Shown: in pieces, positions 1 to 9,511 of the stretch
How the letters are laid out: each line of letters starts with the position of its first letter
How positions within the stretch are numbered: the first letter of the stretch is position 1
Assembly: GCA_040390065.1 (NCBI GenBank)
Contig: JAZJZE010000005.1
Coordinates: forward strand, 309,170 to 373,169
DNA: 64,000 nucleotides
Origin: a bacterium
Lineage (GTDB): Archaea > Thermoplasmatota > E2 > JACPAO01 > JAHFTW01
Reading direction: 5' to 3'
The notes under the pieces: generated by a model
Told to the model about the DNA's origin: nothing
Database searches by the model: none
Seen by the model: the letters and a program-made list of their open reading frames with translations, nothing else
Translations under genes and position numbers: made by a program

Positions 1-311
1 TGGCCCAGCACGGCGCGGTCGACGGGCTTCAGGGCCTCGACCATGCGGCGGCGGTGCTCCTCCGACGTGATGGGCTTGTGCTTCTCCTTCGTCGCGGATT
101 CGTCGCGTGCGATGACGACGACGAGTTCGTCGCCGAGTTTCTTGGCTTCCTCGAGCATGTGGAGGTGGCCGGGGTGCAGGAGGTCGAAGACGCCCGTCGT
201 CATGACGCGAACGTGAGGGCGCAGGCCGCGTGGCGACGCGGGAGCCGATGTCGCGGCTACGCGGGGACTGCCGGACTCGGCGGGCTTGCGCGGGCTGCGT
301 TGTGGTGCCAT
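1..311 (-). CDS. ribL: FAD synthase (archaeal cytidylyltransferase family), 3' end runs off the window
   Basis: Manual translation gives ...[37 protein letters not shown]...[17 protein letters not shown] (HxGH motif). It lies directly downstream of ribB. In-frame ATGs at 311 and 203, so the start is uncertain. Not in the ORF track. Confidence 0.85.
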   Translation of the reverse strand, partial: MAPQRSPRKPAESGSPRVAATSAPASPRGLRPHVRVMTTGVFDLLHPGHLHMLEEAKKLGDELVVVIARDESATKEKHKPITSEEHRRRMVEALKPVDRAVLG

Positions 312-994
312 GCCGTGATGACGTCCTGGCCGGTGAGGAACACCAAGCCGTGTCGCTCCGCGTAGGCGCGCGCGTCCTTTTGAGACAGCGCCTTGCCCGT
401 TGCGTCCAGCATCTCGCAGATTGTGGTCGACGGCACGAGGCTCGCCTGTCGAGCGAGCTCGATGGAGAGTTCCGTGTGGCCTTGGCGGGCTGCGAGTCCG
501 CCGTCGGCGCCGTTCAGAAGGATGACGTGTCCCGGGGTGCGGAATTGTGCACCGAAGCGTTCGCGGGCCGTCGCGGGCCCGACGCGTTCGAGGTCGCCAA
601 GGAACGCGGCCAATTCCTGGATGGTGAGGCTGCGGTCGCCGTCGGGGATGCCGGTGAACGTGCGCCGTGAATTGAGGGTGATGCCGAAGCTGGACTTCGA
701 CGGGTCGTAGCGCAGGTCGTGCGCTTTCATCTCGGCGAGGACCGGGTGGCGAGCTGCTGCGTCGGCCAGAAGGTCGGCGAGAAAAGGCAGGCCCAGCTTG
801 CGGTGGTGCTCCGGCGCGACCGTCGTGCACAGGAGGCCGCCGGCGTCTTGCCGGAGGCGTCGGATGGCGGCGGGAGTCGCGTGCTGTGAGGCGATGACCA
901 GGTCGGTCTCGCCTTCCCGGGAGTCGGAGTCGAACAGGAGGACCGGGTCACCGCGGCGCAGGGCTGCCGTTGCGCGCTCGACGGGGGATTGCAC
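257..994 (-). CDS. ribB: 3,4-dihydroxy-2-butanone 4-phosphate synthase, archaeal type
   Basis: Motifs [41 protein letters not shown]. Start set to GTG at 994 because a TATA-like box lies about 27 nt upstream (track start 1024). Confidence 0.92.
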   Translation of the reverse strand: MQSPVERATAALRRGDPVLLFDSDSREGETDLVIASQHATPAAIRRLRQDAGGLLCTTVAPEHHRKLGLPFLADLLADAAARHPVLAEMKAHDLRYDPSKSSFGITLNSRRTFTGIPDGDRSLTIQELAAFLGDLERVGPATARERFGAQFRTPGHVILLNGADGGLAARQGHTELSIELARQASLVPSTTICEMLDATGKALSQKDARAYAERHGLVFLTGQDVITAWHHNAARASPPSPAVPA

Positions 995-1016
995 GGGGGC
1001 CGCGAGCACGACCACG

Positions 1017-1050
1017 GATATCAAGAATGAGTTGCAAGCAGAAAATGAGT
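1017..1050 (-). promoter_or_regulatory. Putative ribB promoter (TATA-like CTTGATAT) with two ACTCATT direct repeats
   Basis: AT-rich patch. AATGAGT at 1026-1032 and 1044-1050 on the + strand, abutting the box. Confidence 0.4.
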
Positions 1051-1122
1051 AGGTTAGCTTTCCAGGAGAGAAAAGCCAGCGAACTCAGAAAAGGGTTGGA
1101 AGAAGGGGTGGACGAAGACGGG

Positions 1123-1380
1123 TTACGCTGCGGCCGGGACGTCGTCGACGACGGGCTTCGTGCCCGATTCCTCGGCGGCCTCGACGGTGGCGGCTTCCCA
1201 GTTCTTGCGGTACGTGGTTACGTAGCCCGCGATGCGGTTGCGGAACACGGTGGTCTTGACGTCCGTCAGTTGGCCTACAACCTTCTTGTTGTGCTCGAAG
1301 TCATCGCTGAACTGGTCGTTGTACTTCTTGACCAGGTCGATCGCGACGCGCTTGATGTAGGTCTGACGGATGTTTCCCAC
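1123..1380 (-). CDS. rps17e: 30S ribosomal protein S17e
   Basis: GNIRQTYIKRVA...FSDDFEHNKKVV...FRNRIAGYVT signature of this archaeal/eukaryotic ribosomal protein. TATA-like CTTATAT at about 1419-1425. Confidence 0.96.
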   Translation of the reverse strand: MGNIRQTYIKRVAIDLVKKYNDQFSDDFEHNKKVVGQLTDVKTTVFRNRIAGYVTTYRKNWEAATVEAAEESGTKPVVDDVPAAA

Positions 1381-1385
1381 GAATG

Positions 1386-2273
1386 TCACCGGGTTAGGGC
1401 GCCCTCAGCCAACCTTGGATATAAGCGTTGGCCGGCCGTCGGAGGCGTTGGCGCCAGAGTCTCCAGGATTGCCAAGCGGTAGGTGGCGTCGCGAAACAGC
1501 CCGAGATGCTCGCCCCGCAGACGCATGACCCGCGTGCGTTCGGCTGGCAGGCCCGCCGCGACGGACTCGGACAGGCCGATGGGCGTGACGGCGTCGTCCG
1601 CGCTGGCGACGACGAGGATGCGCTGTGCCCGCACGGCCGCCGCATTCGCCCCGGCGTCGATGCGACGGTAGGTCGTGCGCGCGACGGCACCGAAAGCGGA
1701 GTTCAGGACGCCCAGCGCTCGTTGGCCACGGGCCTCTGCGTACCATGAGGCAAACGTCGGGTAGGGCGACTCCAGCACGAGGCCATCAATGGGTGGCAGT
1801 CGGGGCGACGCGTTGATGCAGGCGAAGGCGCCCAGGCTCAAGCCTACCAGGTGCAACGGCAAGTCGGGGCGAGCCTCATGCGCGTACTCGCAGGCGGCGG
1901 CGACGTCGTCATGGAAGTACGTCGAGCCGCCGGAGGATTCCCCGTACGCCGCGAAATCGAAGAGCACGGCCTCCAACCCGTTCGACAGGAGCCAGTCGAC
2001 CCAACCCTCGCGCAGGAACCAGTGCTTGCCGTAGCGACGGTCGGGATGCGCGAGGACGACGATGCCGCGCGGTGCATCATGCCGGACGTGCAACGCAGCG
2101 ATGCGCGCACCGGAATTGCCAGTCAGGGTGACCCGTTCGGCGGACAGGTGATCGGGGACAGGCCAAGGTCCACCGCGCCGGCCGCGCAGGAAGAAGCCGC
2201 GCACGACGGCGCCCACGATGCGCTTGGACGCGGCCGACGGCTCCTTTGGCGGACCGCCCTCCATTGCTTTCAT
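1386..2273 (-). CDS. Alpha/beta-fold hydrolase
   Basis: FDFAAYGES, nucleophile elbow GLSLG, LVLESPY, DDAVTP, EH near the C-terminus. Confidence 0.8.
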   Translation of the reverse strand: MKAMEGGPPKEPSAASKRIVGAVVRGFFLRGRRGGPWPVPDHLSAERVTLTGNSGARIAALHVRHDAPRGIVVLAHPDRRYGKHWFLREGWVDWLLSNGLEAVLFDFAAYGESSGGSTYFHDDVAAACEYAHEARPDLPLHLVGLSLGAFACINASPRLPPIDGLVLESPYPTFASWYAEARGQRALGVLNSAFGAVARTTYRRIDAGANAAAVRAQRILVVASADDAVTPIGLSESVAAGLPAERTRVMRLRGEHLGLFRDATYRLAILETLAPTPPTAGQRLYPRLAEGALTR

Positions 2274-2284
2274 AAGGAAAGTCT

Positions 2285-2791
2285 ATGTCTGATGGACAGC
2301 ATAAAGGATGCGTGGCCACGCGGACAGTCGCTGTCGTGCGGGAAAGTGCCCTCCCCGCCCATTGCCCCCTGCGGGACCCGGCAGCCATGGCGTCCTTCCG
2401 TGCCGCGCTCAAGGCCGGCTCCGACCTCAGCCTCGCCACGCGGGATTTCCTCGCGACGAAGCCGCCCGCGCAGACCGGAGCGTGGATGCGCGAGTCGCTG
2501 CGCCAGAGCCACCTGTTGTTCACGCCTTGGACCATGGAGATCCTGATGCTGGTTGGCGCCTTCGGCTCGACTCGCTTCTCCACGCTGCAGCAACTTCTCG
2601 GTGCGAGCTCGCGGACGCTCAGCAACAAGTTGCGCGCCCTCACGGAAGGCGGCTTCCTCGAGCGCGTCGTGGACGCCGGGCCGCCGCTACGCACGTCGTA
2701 CCGTTTGAGCAAGCATGGCCGCGCCACGGCGGCTGCGGCAAGCCCGCTCCTGGCGCACCTCAACCTCGCCGCCATTGGCGCCCTCCGCTAG
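2285..2791 (+). CDS. HxlR-family winged-helix transcriptional regulator
   Basis: PWTMEIL...TRFSTLQQLLGASSRTLSNKLRALTEGGFLERVV...YRLSKHG. Divergent from the hydrolase; start uncertain. Confidence 0.82.
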   Translation: MSDGQHKGCVATRTVAVVRESALPAHCPLRDPAAMASFRAALKAGSDLSLATRDFLATKPPAQTGAWMRESLRQSHLLFTPWTMEILMLVGAFGSTRFSTLQQLLGASSRTLSNKLRALTEGGFLERVVDAGPPLRTSYRLSKHGRATAAAASPLLAHLNLAAIGALR

Positions 2792-3477
2792 AACGCAGCC
2801 AGGCCGGGCGGCCGCCACGGCAGCGGCGCCTTTGCAGCAGGGAAAGCGTCGCGCAACACGTCGTCGTGCACGCGGTACGCCCCCAGCAAGTCCGTCGTCG
2901 CGGGACGCAGGAGCTTGCGGCACGCGGCGTCGTCCCCCGCCAACCAGGTTTGGCATTCCTTCCAATCGCGGAGCGCCACAATCTCGCGGGGCGTGTCATG
3001 GATCGGGTCGAAGACCGGGCCGGCCTCCACGGTGACCATCGTGACGTGCCACTCGGTGCGGAACTTCCCGTTCTGGATGCGACCGAGACCCGGCACCCAC
3101 CACGGCTCGTCGGGATTGTCTTCCCGCACGACGCACGACCAGCGCCGGTCGCCGTGGCGCTTCGTCATCTCGTAGCCATGCGAGACGGGGATGACGACGT
3201 GGCTCGCCGCCTTGCCCCACATAGCGCTCCAAAGGGGGCTCTCGGCCAAGCGGTCGTCGCGCGCATTCCAATCGAACCGTCCCGTGTTCATGCCCCAATT
3301 CCCGACGGAGGCGGCGGGGCCACCGGCGTCGCGGTTGTGCACGACGTCGATGGGCTGGTTGGGGCGGATCTTGCGGGGATAGGCTCCGTCACCCCGCTTG
3401 TCGAGCCCGACCTCCTCGACGCTGTACCTCTTGTACGCGAAGCGCACGTTTCCGAACTGATCCACGAAGATGCACAT
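2788..3477 (-). CDS. Divergent SRAP/HMCES/YedK-like abasic-site protection protein
   Basis: Begins MC (ATG at 3477, inside track ORF 2788..4008). Has IRPNQ, NWG, NAR, GYE, PIHD-x2-R and WL elements in the SRAP order. Confidence 0.65.
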   Translation of the reverse strand: MCIFVDQFGNVRFAYKRYSVEEVGLDKRGDGAYPRKIRPNQPIDVVHNRDAGGPAASVGNWGMNTGRFDWNARDDRLAESPLWSAMWGKAASHVVIPVSHGYEMTKRHGDRRWSCVVREDNPDEPWWVPGLGRIQNGKFRTEWHVTMVTVEAGPVFDPIHDTPREIVALRDWKECQTWLAGDDAACRKLLRPATTDLLGAYRVHDDVLRDAFPAAKAPLPWRPPGLAAF

Positions 3478-3479
3478 GT

Positions 3480-3968
3480 CTAGGTGCGGTGCCACCGCAG
3501 CGGGGTGCCATCGACGCGGCGCAGCACACCCTTGGCCTCGAGGTCCAGTTGCACGCACTTGGCCCACCAGCGCTCGGTGGAGCCGGGGAACTTGGCGCGG
3601 CTCGCCTTCGCACGCACGGCCTCGAACATCTCGCCCTGGGTGATGCCTGGCGCCTTCGCGGGCACGACGGCCAACAGCACGTCCTTCATGGCGGCATACT
3701 TCTCGGCGTCGACGAAATTGCTGTAGCCCGGAACATTGGGGGTGCCGACGGCGACTTGGCCCGGACCCGGGCGCCGCGCGGGTGGCGTCTTCTTGGCATG
3801 CACGGTTGCCTGGTACGCGGCCGTGCGGTCGTTGGCATGGATTCCGGTCGCGCGCTTGGCAGGCCGGCTGGAGGCGGCCGCCTTGGCTTCCTTTCGGCCG
3901 CTGCCGATGGCGGCCTGCTTGCGGGTCTTGCTGGCGACGGCCTCGCGTGTCGCTTTGGGTTTCGGCAT
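3480..3968 (-). CDS. Small basic protein, DUF6958-like C-terminal domain
   Basis: VDAEKYAAMKD...WWAKCVQLDLEAKGVLRR with a Lys/Ala-rich N-terminus. ATG at 3968 with a TTTATG box upstream. Confidence 0.65.
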   Translation of the reverse strand: MPKPKATREAVASKTRKQAAIGSGRKEAKAAASSRPAKRATGIHANDRTAAYQATVHAKKTPPARRPGPGQVAVGTPNVPGYSNFVDAEKYAAMKDVLLAVVPAKAPGITQGEMFEAVRAKASRAKFPGSTERWWAKCVQLDLEAKGVLRRVDGTPLRWHRT

Positions 3969-4039
3969 GCCCGGGCCTAACCTGGTTCGGCATAAATGCA
4001 AGTCGCAAGAGTCAAGCCGGTCGGGTTGGTCGTGCCGGC

Positions 4040-4429
4040 GTGGCGCTCGACTGGAAGGCCATCGTCCTCGTCGCCGCCGGCGCCATCGTCGGCGCCTTGC
4101 TGCGCTTCGGCGTCTCCGCTCTCGTGCCAAGCAAGACGTTCCCGTTTGCGACGTTTCCGTGGGCCACGCTGGCCGTCAATCTGGCCGGCGCCTTCGCGAT
4201 TGGTCTGCTCGTGCTTCCCTCCGGCGTCGACCACGACGTGAAGATGCTCGTTGTCGTCGGCTTCCTGGGAGCGTTCACCACGCTCAGCACGTATTCCGTC
4301 GAAACCGTCGACCTGTGGCGCACGTCTCACCGCGACCTCGCCGTGGCAAACATGCTGGCAAACGGCCTTGGCGGACCGCTCATGGCCGTCGCCGGATGGA
4401 AGGTCGCCGTCGCGTTCGGGGCTGCCTAG
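4040..4429 (+). CDS. crcB: Fluoride efflux channel Fluc/CrcB
   Basis: GAIVGALLRF, PWATLAVNLAG and GFLGAFTTLSTY signatures. GTG start at 4040. Confidence 0.92.
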   Translation: MALDWKAIVLVAAGAIVGALLRFGVSALVPSKTFPFATFPWATLAVNLAGAFAIGLLVLPSGVDHDVKMLVVVGFLGAFTTLSTYSVETVDLWRTSHRDLAVANMLANGLGGPLMAVAGWKVAVAFGAA

Positions 4430-4560
4430 AAACCGAACAGCCCCTTCTACCCCGCGACCTTCAAACGAAGGTCGATCACGTTGCGTCGTGGGGCCTCATT
4501 CCATGTCGGCCCCACATAGCCGTCCCCTGGGGGCCGCCTAGAAACCGAACAGCCCCTTCT
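4418..4560. repeat. 31-bp direct repeat (1 mismatch; 25-bp perfect core GCCTAGAAACCGAACAGCCCCTTCT) flanking an 81-bp hairpin-containing insert
   Basis: Copies at 4418-4448 and 4530-4560. Internal stems CGACCTTC/GAAGGTCG and GTGGGGCC/GGCCCCAC. Confidence 0.9.
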
Positions 4561-6007
4561 GGCCCGCTTTCGGCGTCGGCTTCTTCGGCTTGTCGTCCAC
4601 GGCGGCCGGTTCGTCATCGTCGTCAACCTCTGCGACGGCTTTCGGGGCCGGCTTGCCGGTGGGCTCGGCGGCCTCCACGGCGGCGCGAATGTCCTTCACG
4701 GCCTTGCCCGTGGCATCGGGTCCGAGCAGCAGCACGACCTCCTCGTCGGCGAGTTCCAGGACGCGCGTCTGTTCGACGGCGAATTCGCGGTCCGTGCGAA
4801 ACAGCAGAGCGAAGGGTTCGACTTGTTCGGCGCGCGCCTTGCGCTTGCCTTGGTGGGTCGCGCGGCCCAAGTGCAGGGCCAGTTCATCTTTCGTGCCGCG
4901 CAGTCCCTTCGTGCGGCCCATGCGCGAAAGCCACTGGGGAAACCCGTACGGCGAATACTCGTGGTACTCCTTCGTGCGCGCCGTCATGACGCCAAGGGTC
5001 GCAAGCTCCCCGGCATACGACCACAAGCCGTAGTCCTGCGTCGAACGCGTGCGGCCGAGGAACATGTCGGCGCGCGACAGGCGCTCGTAGCCCGCGACGA
5101 GGTCGGCCGGATCCTTGTACTCGCGCGGCAGGTTCTCGTCGATCCACAACACCAGGTCCTCGGGCGTCGCGTCGACGTCGTAGATCTCCTTCTTGACGTC
5201 CTCGAGCTTGCGGCCTTTCAGCACGTGGCGCACGAGGTCGAAGAGCGTCGACGTCGTGTCGCGGCTGCCGAGGCTCTGCGCTTCCTTGAGGGTCACGTGC
5301 TTGCGGCCGACGCACAGCGATTCGAGGTCGCGCACGGCGGCGCGCAGGTCGCCTTCGGCGCGCACTGCGATGGCTTCGAGGACTTCCTTGTCCACGAGGA
5401 CGCCCTCTTCGTGGGCGATGCGGGCAAGCGCGTTCGGGATGGAGCGCACGTTGACGCGGGTGAACTTCAGCACCTCCGTCAGAGACTTCAGGGCCGCGCC
5501 GGACCCTTTCTCGAGGGCGTACAAGTCGTTCACGATGAGGATGATGGGCTGGCGCGTCTGGCGGATGGTGTCGATGATGGCGCCCTTGCCACCCTTGTCA
5601 GAGAGGTCGTTGCCCGCAGCATCGGATCCCTCGGCGCCGGCGCGCTCGTACAGGCTGTCGGCTTCGTCGAGGATGATGAGTTTGCGCCCGCCCTCCGACG
5701 AGGTGTGGAACGAGCCGTCAGAGGCAAACGTCTGGTGCACGGCTCCCGCGGTCGCGACCTTCTGGATCGTAGAGGCGTTGCGGGCGTCGGAGGCGTTCAA
5801 CTCGATGACGCTCCATCCCATGTCGTTGGCGAGCGCGAGCGCCGTCGACGTCTTCCCGGTCCCCGGCGGACCCGCAAGCACGACGGCGCGGCGGTCGGGC
5901 ATGCCGTCCTTCCACGCATCCGCCCACTGCCGGAGCCGCGACAGCGATGGACTGTTCCCGACCACCTGCGCGAGGGTGCGCGGGCGATGCGACTCGGTCC
6001 AGTCCAC
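4538..6007 (-). CDS. rfcL: Replication factor C large subunit
   Basis: DWTESHRP, Walker A GPPGTGKT, IELNASD, ILDEAD, GDLRAA and a C-terminal PIP-box QKGLFGF. Confidence 0.96.
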   Translation of the reverse strand: MDWTESHRPRTLAQVVGNSPSLSRLRQWADAWKDGMPDRRAVVLAGPPGTGKTSTALALANDMGWSVIELNASDARNASTIQKVATAGAVHQTFASDGSFHTSSEGGRKLIILDEADSLYERAGAEGSDAAGNDLSDKGGKGAIIDTIRQTRQPIILIVNDLYALEKGSGAALKSLTEVLKFTRVNVRSIPNALARIAHEEGVLVDKEVLEAIAVRAEGDLRAAVRDLESLCVGRKHVTLKEAQSLGSRDTTSTLFDLVRHVLKGRKLEDVKKEIYDVDATPEDLVLWIDENLPREYKDPADLVAGYERLSRADMFLGRTRSTQDYGLWSYAGELATLGVMTARTKEYHEYSPYGFPQWLSRMGRTKGLRGTKDELALHLGRATHQGKRKARAEQVEPFALLFRTDREFAVEQTRVLELADEEVVLLLGPDATGKAVKDIRAAVEAAEPTGKPAPKAVAEVDDDDEPAAVDDKPKKPTPKAGQKGLFGF

Positions 6008-6097
6008 GAAGGGCGGGACCGGTTGGCGGGATAAGAGGAAGGCGGGGGGGCGGGCGGACGCCGGTGTCGATTCGCTTCCTGGGGCCGACGACCGCCT

Positions 6098-7537
6098 CTA
6101 CGTGGCGTACATCATTTCGATCGGCACGTTCCACATGGCCCCGCTGCCTGGCCAGTCCGCGTTCCAGGACATCCACGGCCCACCGAGCGCCGCTTCCCTG
6201 AGGATGACCTCGACGCCACGGGACCTCTCGGGGTCCGGATCTCCTGCGGGCGCGGGCATCACCAAGGGCGCGACGGCGGGTGCGGGGCACGTCTCCTCGG
6301 TGAAACGATTGTGTTGGCCTGATGCGTACGCACTGTACAGCGTCACCTCGACGTGCTGGGCCGTGTGGCCGGCGACTCGCTCGAAGGCGGCTTCGTACGG
6401 TTTCCAATCCGCGACGCGCACGGCAGGACGCGCCCACTCCGGGGCCGCATGCTCGTCGTAGAAGTATCCCTCGCAGGCGCAAAGGAACGAGCCGGCCCCT
6501 TCGCCCGAGTCAAGACGGTCGCAGGTCTCTTCGATTCCATCCGTTGCCCCCGGCGCGACGAAGTCGAGCACCCACCTCGTCCCGTACGGGCCATCGACCC
6601 AATCGGTGCGGGCAGACTGCAGGTAGTAGTCGGGGTGTTTCAGTTCGAACGCCTGCAGGCCCAACAGCAACGGGTCGGTGCGCACCTGCTTGACCAGCGC
6701 CGCAAGCGAGAAACCCAGTGGCGGGTCCGACTCAGGCCCCCACCGCGTCCACGCGGTCGTCGACAAAGGGTGGGTCAGGCCGGCGGCGGGGCATTCCGGA
6801 GCAACCCCGTCGTTGGTCCACGATTGCAGGTCAAGGGTCTCCCCAGGCAGCGCCCCTGTCACGCCGGCGTGCGACGGAAACGGCATGCCGGATTGCCAGA
6901 CGAGCGTGTAGGAACCGCGCCACGTCTCCGCGGACTCGTCTTTTTCACGGGAGGCGTTCCACCGCGCCAAGTAGTGGTCGGCAACGGCCGCCACGTGAAG
7001 GAAGCCGATGCCGCGCTCCAGAACGGTCTGCGCGGATGCGGGGACGAGGCCGCCGCCGGGTGCGGGATGCGTCGGAAGCTCCGACGTCTGCATGGCAAGG
7101 ATGGTCTCGGACATACCGGGCCCCAGCCAATCGGGCCGTGACGTGCCATCGAGGTGCTTCACGACCCCGACCAGCCAAACGTCGTGTTGGACGGCATGCA
7201 GGAGGGAACCGTCGTTGTCGTAATGGCTCCAGAGAGGCGTTCCGCAGTCGTCCACGGCCACGGCGACATGGACCGTCGTGCGGACGACCTCCGCTGCAAC
7301 GACTTGGCCGAATTGGTTCCAGACCCGGTGCGGCTCGAATGTCCAGTTCTCTTCCACCGGCTGAAGGGACGTTGCGCCCTGCGCATGTTGGTAGCTGGCG
7401 GTCGCCCGGTCATTGCGGTCAAGCAGCCTCGGCTCGCCGCTCGCCTGCAACGGGGCCTCGGATGGATGCACCGGCCCGCCGCACCCCGATACCAACACCA
7501 CGACGACAACGCCGAATGCCCACCAGCCCACACGCAT
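6098..7537 (-). CDS. Hypothetical secreted lipoprotein
   Basis: Hydrophobic N-terminus ending VSGC (lipobox-like). Long open frame with no recognised domain. Confidence 0.6.
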   Translation of the reverse strand: MRVGWWAFGVVVVVLVSGCGGPVHPSEAPLQASGEPRLLDRNDRATASYQHAQGATSLQPVEENWTFEPHRVWNQFGQVVAAEVVRTTVHVAVAVDDCGTPLWSHYDNDGSLLHAVQHDVWLVGVVKHLDGTSRPDWLGPGMSETILAMQTSELPTHPAPGGGLVPASAQTVLERGIGFLHVAAVADHYLARWNASREKDESAETWRGSYTLVWQSGMPFPSHAGVTGALPGETLDLQSWTNDGVAPECPAAGLTHPLSTTAWTRWGPESDPPLGFSLAALVKQVRTDPLLLGLQAFELKHPDYYLQSARTDWVDGPYGTRWVLDFVAPGATDGIEETCDRLDSGEGAGSFLCACEGYFYDEHAAPEWARPAVRVADWKPYEAAFERVAGHTAQHVEVTLYSAYASGQHNRFTEETCPAPAVAPLVMPAPAGDPDPERSRGVEVILREAALGGPWMSWNADWPGSGAMWNVPIEMMYAT

Positions 7538-7596
7538 GGCCGCGTACGGGGCCGGACCCGGGATAATGCCTGCGGTGAGCTCGCTCAAGCGTTCGG

Positions 7597-8958
7597 CTAT
7601 TTCTTCACCAGTTTGGCGCACTCGCTGGCCGCGACAATCAACGGGTCATAGACAGGCGAGAAGTGGGGCGCGTACGCCGTCTCGATCTCTGCGAGCTTGT
7701 GCACCTTCATTCCGGCTTGCACGGCAACGGCGGCCGCGTTGATGCGCAGCGCCGCTTCGGAGGGGCACGCGATCTGGACGCCGAGGAGTTTTCCCGAGCC
7801 GCGTTCCGCGAGGACCTTGACGGCCATGTCGGCGGCGCCGGGCATGTAGTTGGCCTTGTCCTTGCTCTCGATGAGGGCGGCGACGGCGTCGATGCCTTCC
7901 TCCTTGGCCTGCGTCTGCGTGATGCCGGTCTGCGCGAAGGCCAGGCCAAAGAGGTGCGTGATCGCCGTGCCGAGCACGCCGGGGAAGTACATGCAAGGGC
8001 CTGGGATCTTCTCTGTGCTGGCGCCGATGGCGTCGCCGGCGACGCGTCCCATGTGGTTCGACGGCAAGGCAAACGGCATGGCCGTCGGGCGACCCGTGAT
8101 GAGGTGCCGCGCAGCCACACAATCGCCGGCGGCCCAGACGTCGTGGTAGTTCGTGTGCATGTTGTCGTCGACGAGGATGTGGCCCTCCTTCGTCGTGGTG
8201 ACGCCGGACTTGACTGCGAATTCGGTGGCGGGCTGGACGCCCACCGCGACGATGGCGGCGTCCGCGGCGACGTCTTTCTTCGCCTCGACGGAGCCGAGGT
8301 GGCCCTCCTTCTTCCCAGCGGAAAAGCCCTTCACGCCGGCTTCCAGGTGAACGGTGATGCCCGCGTTCTCCAGCCACTCGGTGAGGCCGTCGGTGATGTC
8401 GGCGTCCATTGCGGTCAACAGGCGCTTGCCCCTTGTCAGGAGATGGACGTTGGCGCCTCGCGCCTTGAACGCGGCAGCCATCTCGAGGCCGAGGTAGCCG
8501 CCGCCCACGACAGCGACGTTCTTGGCGCCCTTCGTGCCGTCCACGAGGCGAGCCGCATCGTCGAGTCGGCGAACCGCGTAGACGCCGCCGAGGTCGCCGC
8601 CCTTGAACGGGTTCTTCGGCGTTGTCCCGGTCGCGATGAGGAGTTTGTCGTAGTGCGACGAGTCCCGGCCCTTGGCGCCCTGGAAGACGACTTCCTTCGT
8701 GTAGGCGTTGAAGCTGATGACGCGGCACTGGGTCCGGACGGTGATGCCGCGTTTCTTGGCGTCCTCGGTGGAAAGCACGCGCAACTGCTCAATGTCGGGC
8801 ACGACGCCTTCGACGAGGTAGGGCGCGCCGCAGACGGAGTACGAGATGTCCGGGCCGGCCTCGAGGACTTCGACTTCCAGTTCGGGCGCGCGGCGCTTGG
8901 CCTTCGACGCGGCGCTCATGCCGGCGGCGTTGCCCCCGATGACGACGAGGCGGGTCAT
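7597..8958 (-). CDS. CoA-disulfide reductase / NADH oxidase family flavoprotein
   Basis: IGGNAAGMSAA, single redox Cys in SYSVCG, GGGYLGLE, WAAGDC, YAPHFSP. ATG at 8958 with a CTTAAG box upstream. Confidence 0.9.
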   Translation of the reverse strand: MTRLVVIGGNAAGMSAASKAKRRAPELEVEVLEAGPDISYSVCGAPYLVEGVVPDIEQLRVLSTEDAKKRGITVRTQCRVISFNAYTKEVVFQGAKGRDSSHYDKLLIATGTTPKNPFKGGDLGGVYAVRRLDDAARLVDGTKGAKNVAVVGGGYLGLEMAAAFKARGANVHLLTRGKRLLTAMDADITDGLTEWLENAGITVHLEAGVKGFSAGKKEGHLGSVEAKKDVAADAAIVAVGVQPATEFAVKSGVTTTKEGHILVDDNMHTNYHDVWAAGDCVAARHLITGRPTAMPFALPSNHMGRVAGDAIGASTEKIPGPCMYFPGVLGTAITHLFGLAFAQTGITQTQAKEEGIDAVAALIESKDKANYMPGAADMAVKVLAERGSGKLLGVQIACPSEAALRINAAAVAVQAGMKVHKLAEIETAYAPHFSPVYDPLIVAASECAKLVKK

Positions 8959-8986
8959 GGCCTGGTCCGGACGGCGGGTCCTGGGC

Positions 8987-9490
8987 TTAAGGTCGGCGCT
9001 TGCCGGCCGGCGGGGCGCATTCGACGAGCCCGTCGAGGCAGCTCTCGGGTCGGGCCTCGCCGAGGATGAACTGCTCGCGGATGACGCGCAGGCTCTCGCG
9101 CTGCCCCGGCCACGGGTACCGTTTCTGCGCCTCGTCGGGCGAAACCCACAGGAATTCCGTATGCTCGTCGGACAGCGCGACCGCGGCGTCCCCGGCGACT
9201 TCGGCGGCAAAGACCGGCGTCAAGATGATCTGGTCCGTCGCGGCGAGGTAGAAGCGGTTCACGAACGACGCCTGGTAGAAGTGCAGCGGACGAAGGCCCG
9301 TCTCCTCGAACAACTCGCGCGCGGCCGCCGCGTATGCCTTCTCGCCTTCCTCGATCGTGCCGGAGACCATCTGCCACGTCCCGGCAAGCCGGATGTGCGG
9401 GGCGCGCTTGAGGACGAGCCACTCCTCCTCCCCGGCGCCGCGGCGGAAGATATGCACGTCGACGAAGCACGCAGCGATTTCCGGCAACAT
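8987..9490 (-). CDS. NUDIX hydrolase (NudB/dATP pyrophosphohydrolase-like)
   Basis: Nudix box GTIEEGEKAYAAAARELFEETGL, plus WQMVSG and LSDEH. Confidence 0.88.
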   Translation of the reverse strand: MLPEIAACFVDVHIFRRGAGEEEWLVLKRAPHIRLAGTWQMVSGTIEEGEKAYAAAARELFEETGLRPLHFYQASFVNRFYLAATDQIILTPVFAAEVAGDAAVALSDEHTEFLWVSPDEAQKRYPWPGQRESLRVIREQFILGEARPESCLDGLVECAPPAGKRRP

Positions 9491-9511
9491 CCGGGCCAAG
9501 ATGATAGCGGC

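Noticed and set aside
2788-4008. 406-aa ORF as a single protein
   Set aside because: The N-terminal half overlaps the DUF6958-like gene in another frame. The SRAP-like part needs its Cys at position 2, which puts the start at 3477.
4449-4529. Fluoride riboswitch near crcB (ATGAGGCCC on the minus strand)
   Set aside because: It lies downstream of and antisense to crcB, and I could not build the pseudoknot pairing. An Rfam scan would settle it.
4418-4560. Mini CRISPR array
   Set aside because: Only two repeat copies, an 81-87 bp interval far longer than a spacer, repeats made of coding sequence, and no cas genes in the window.
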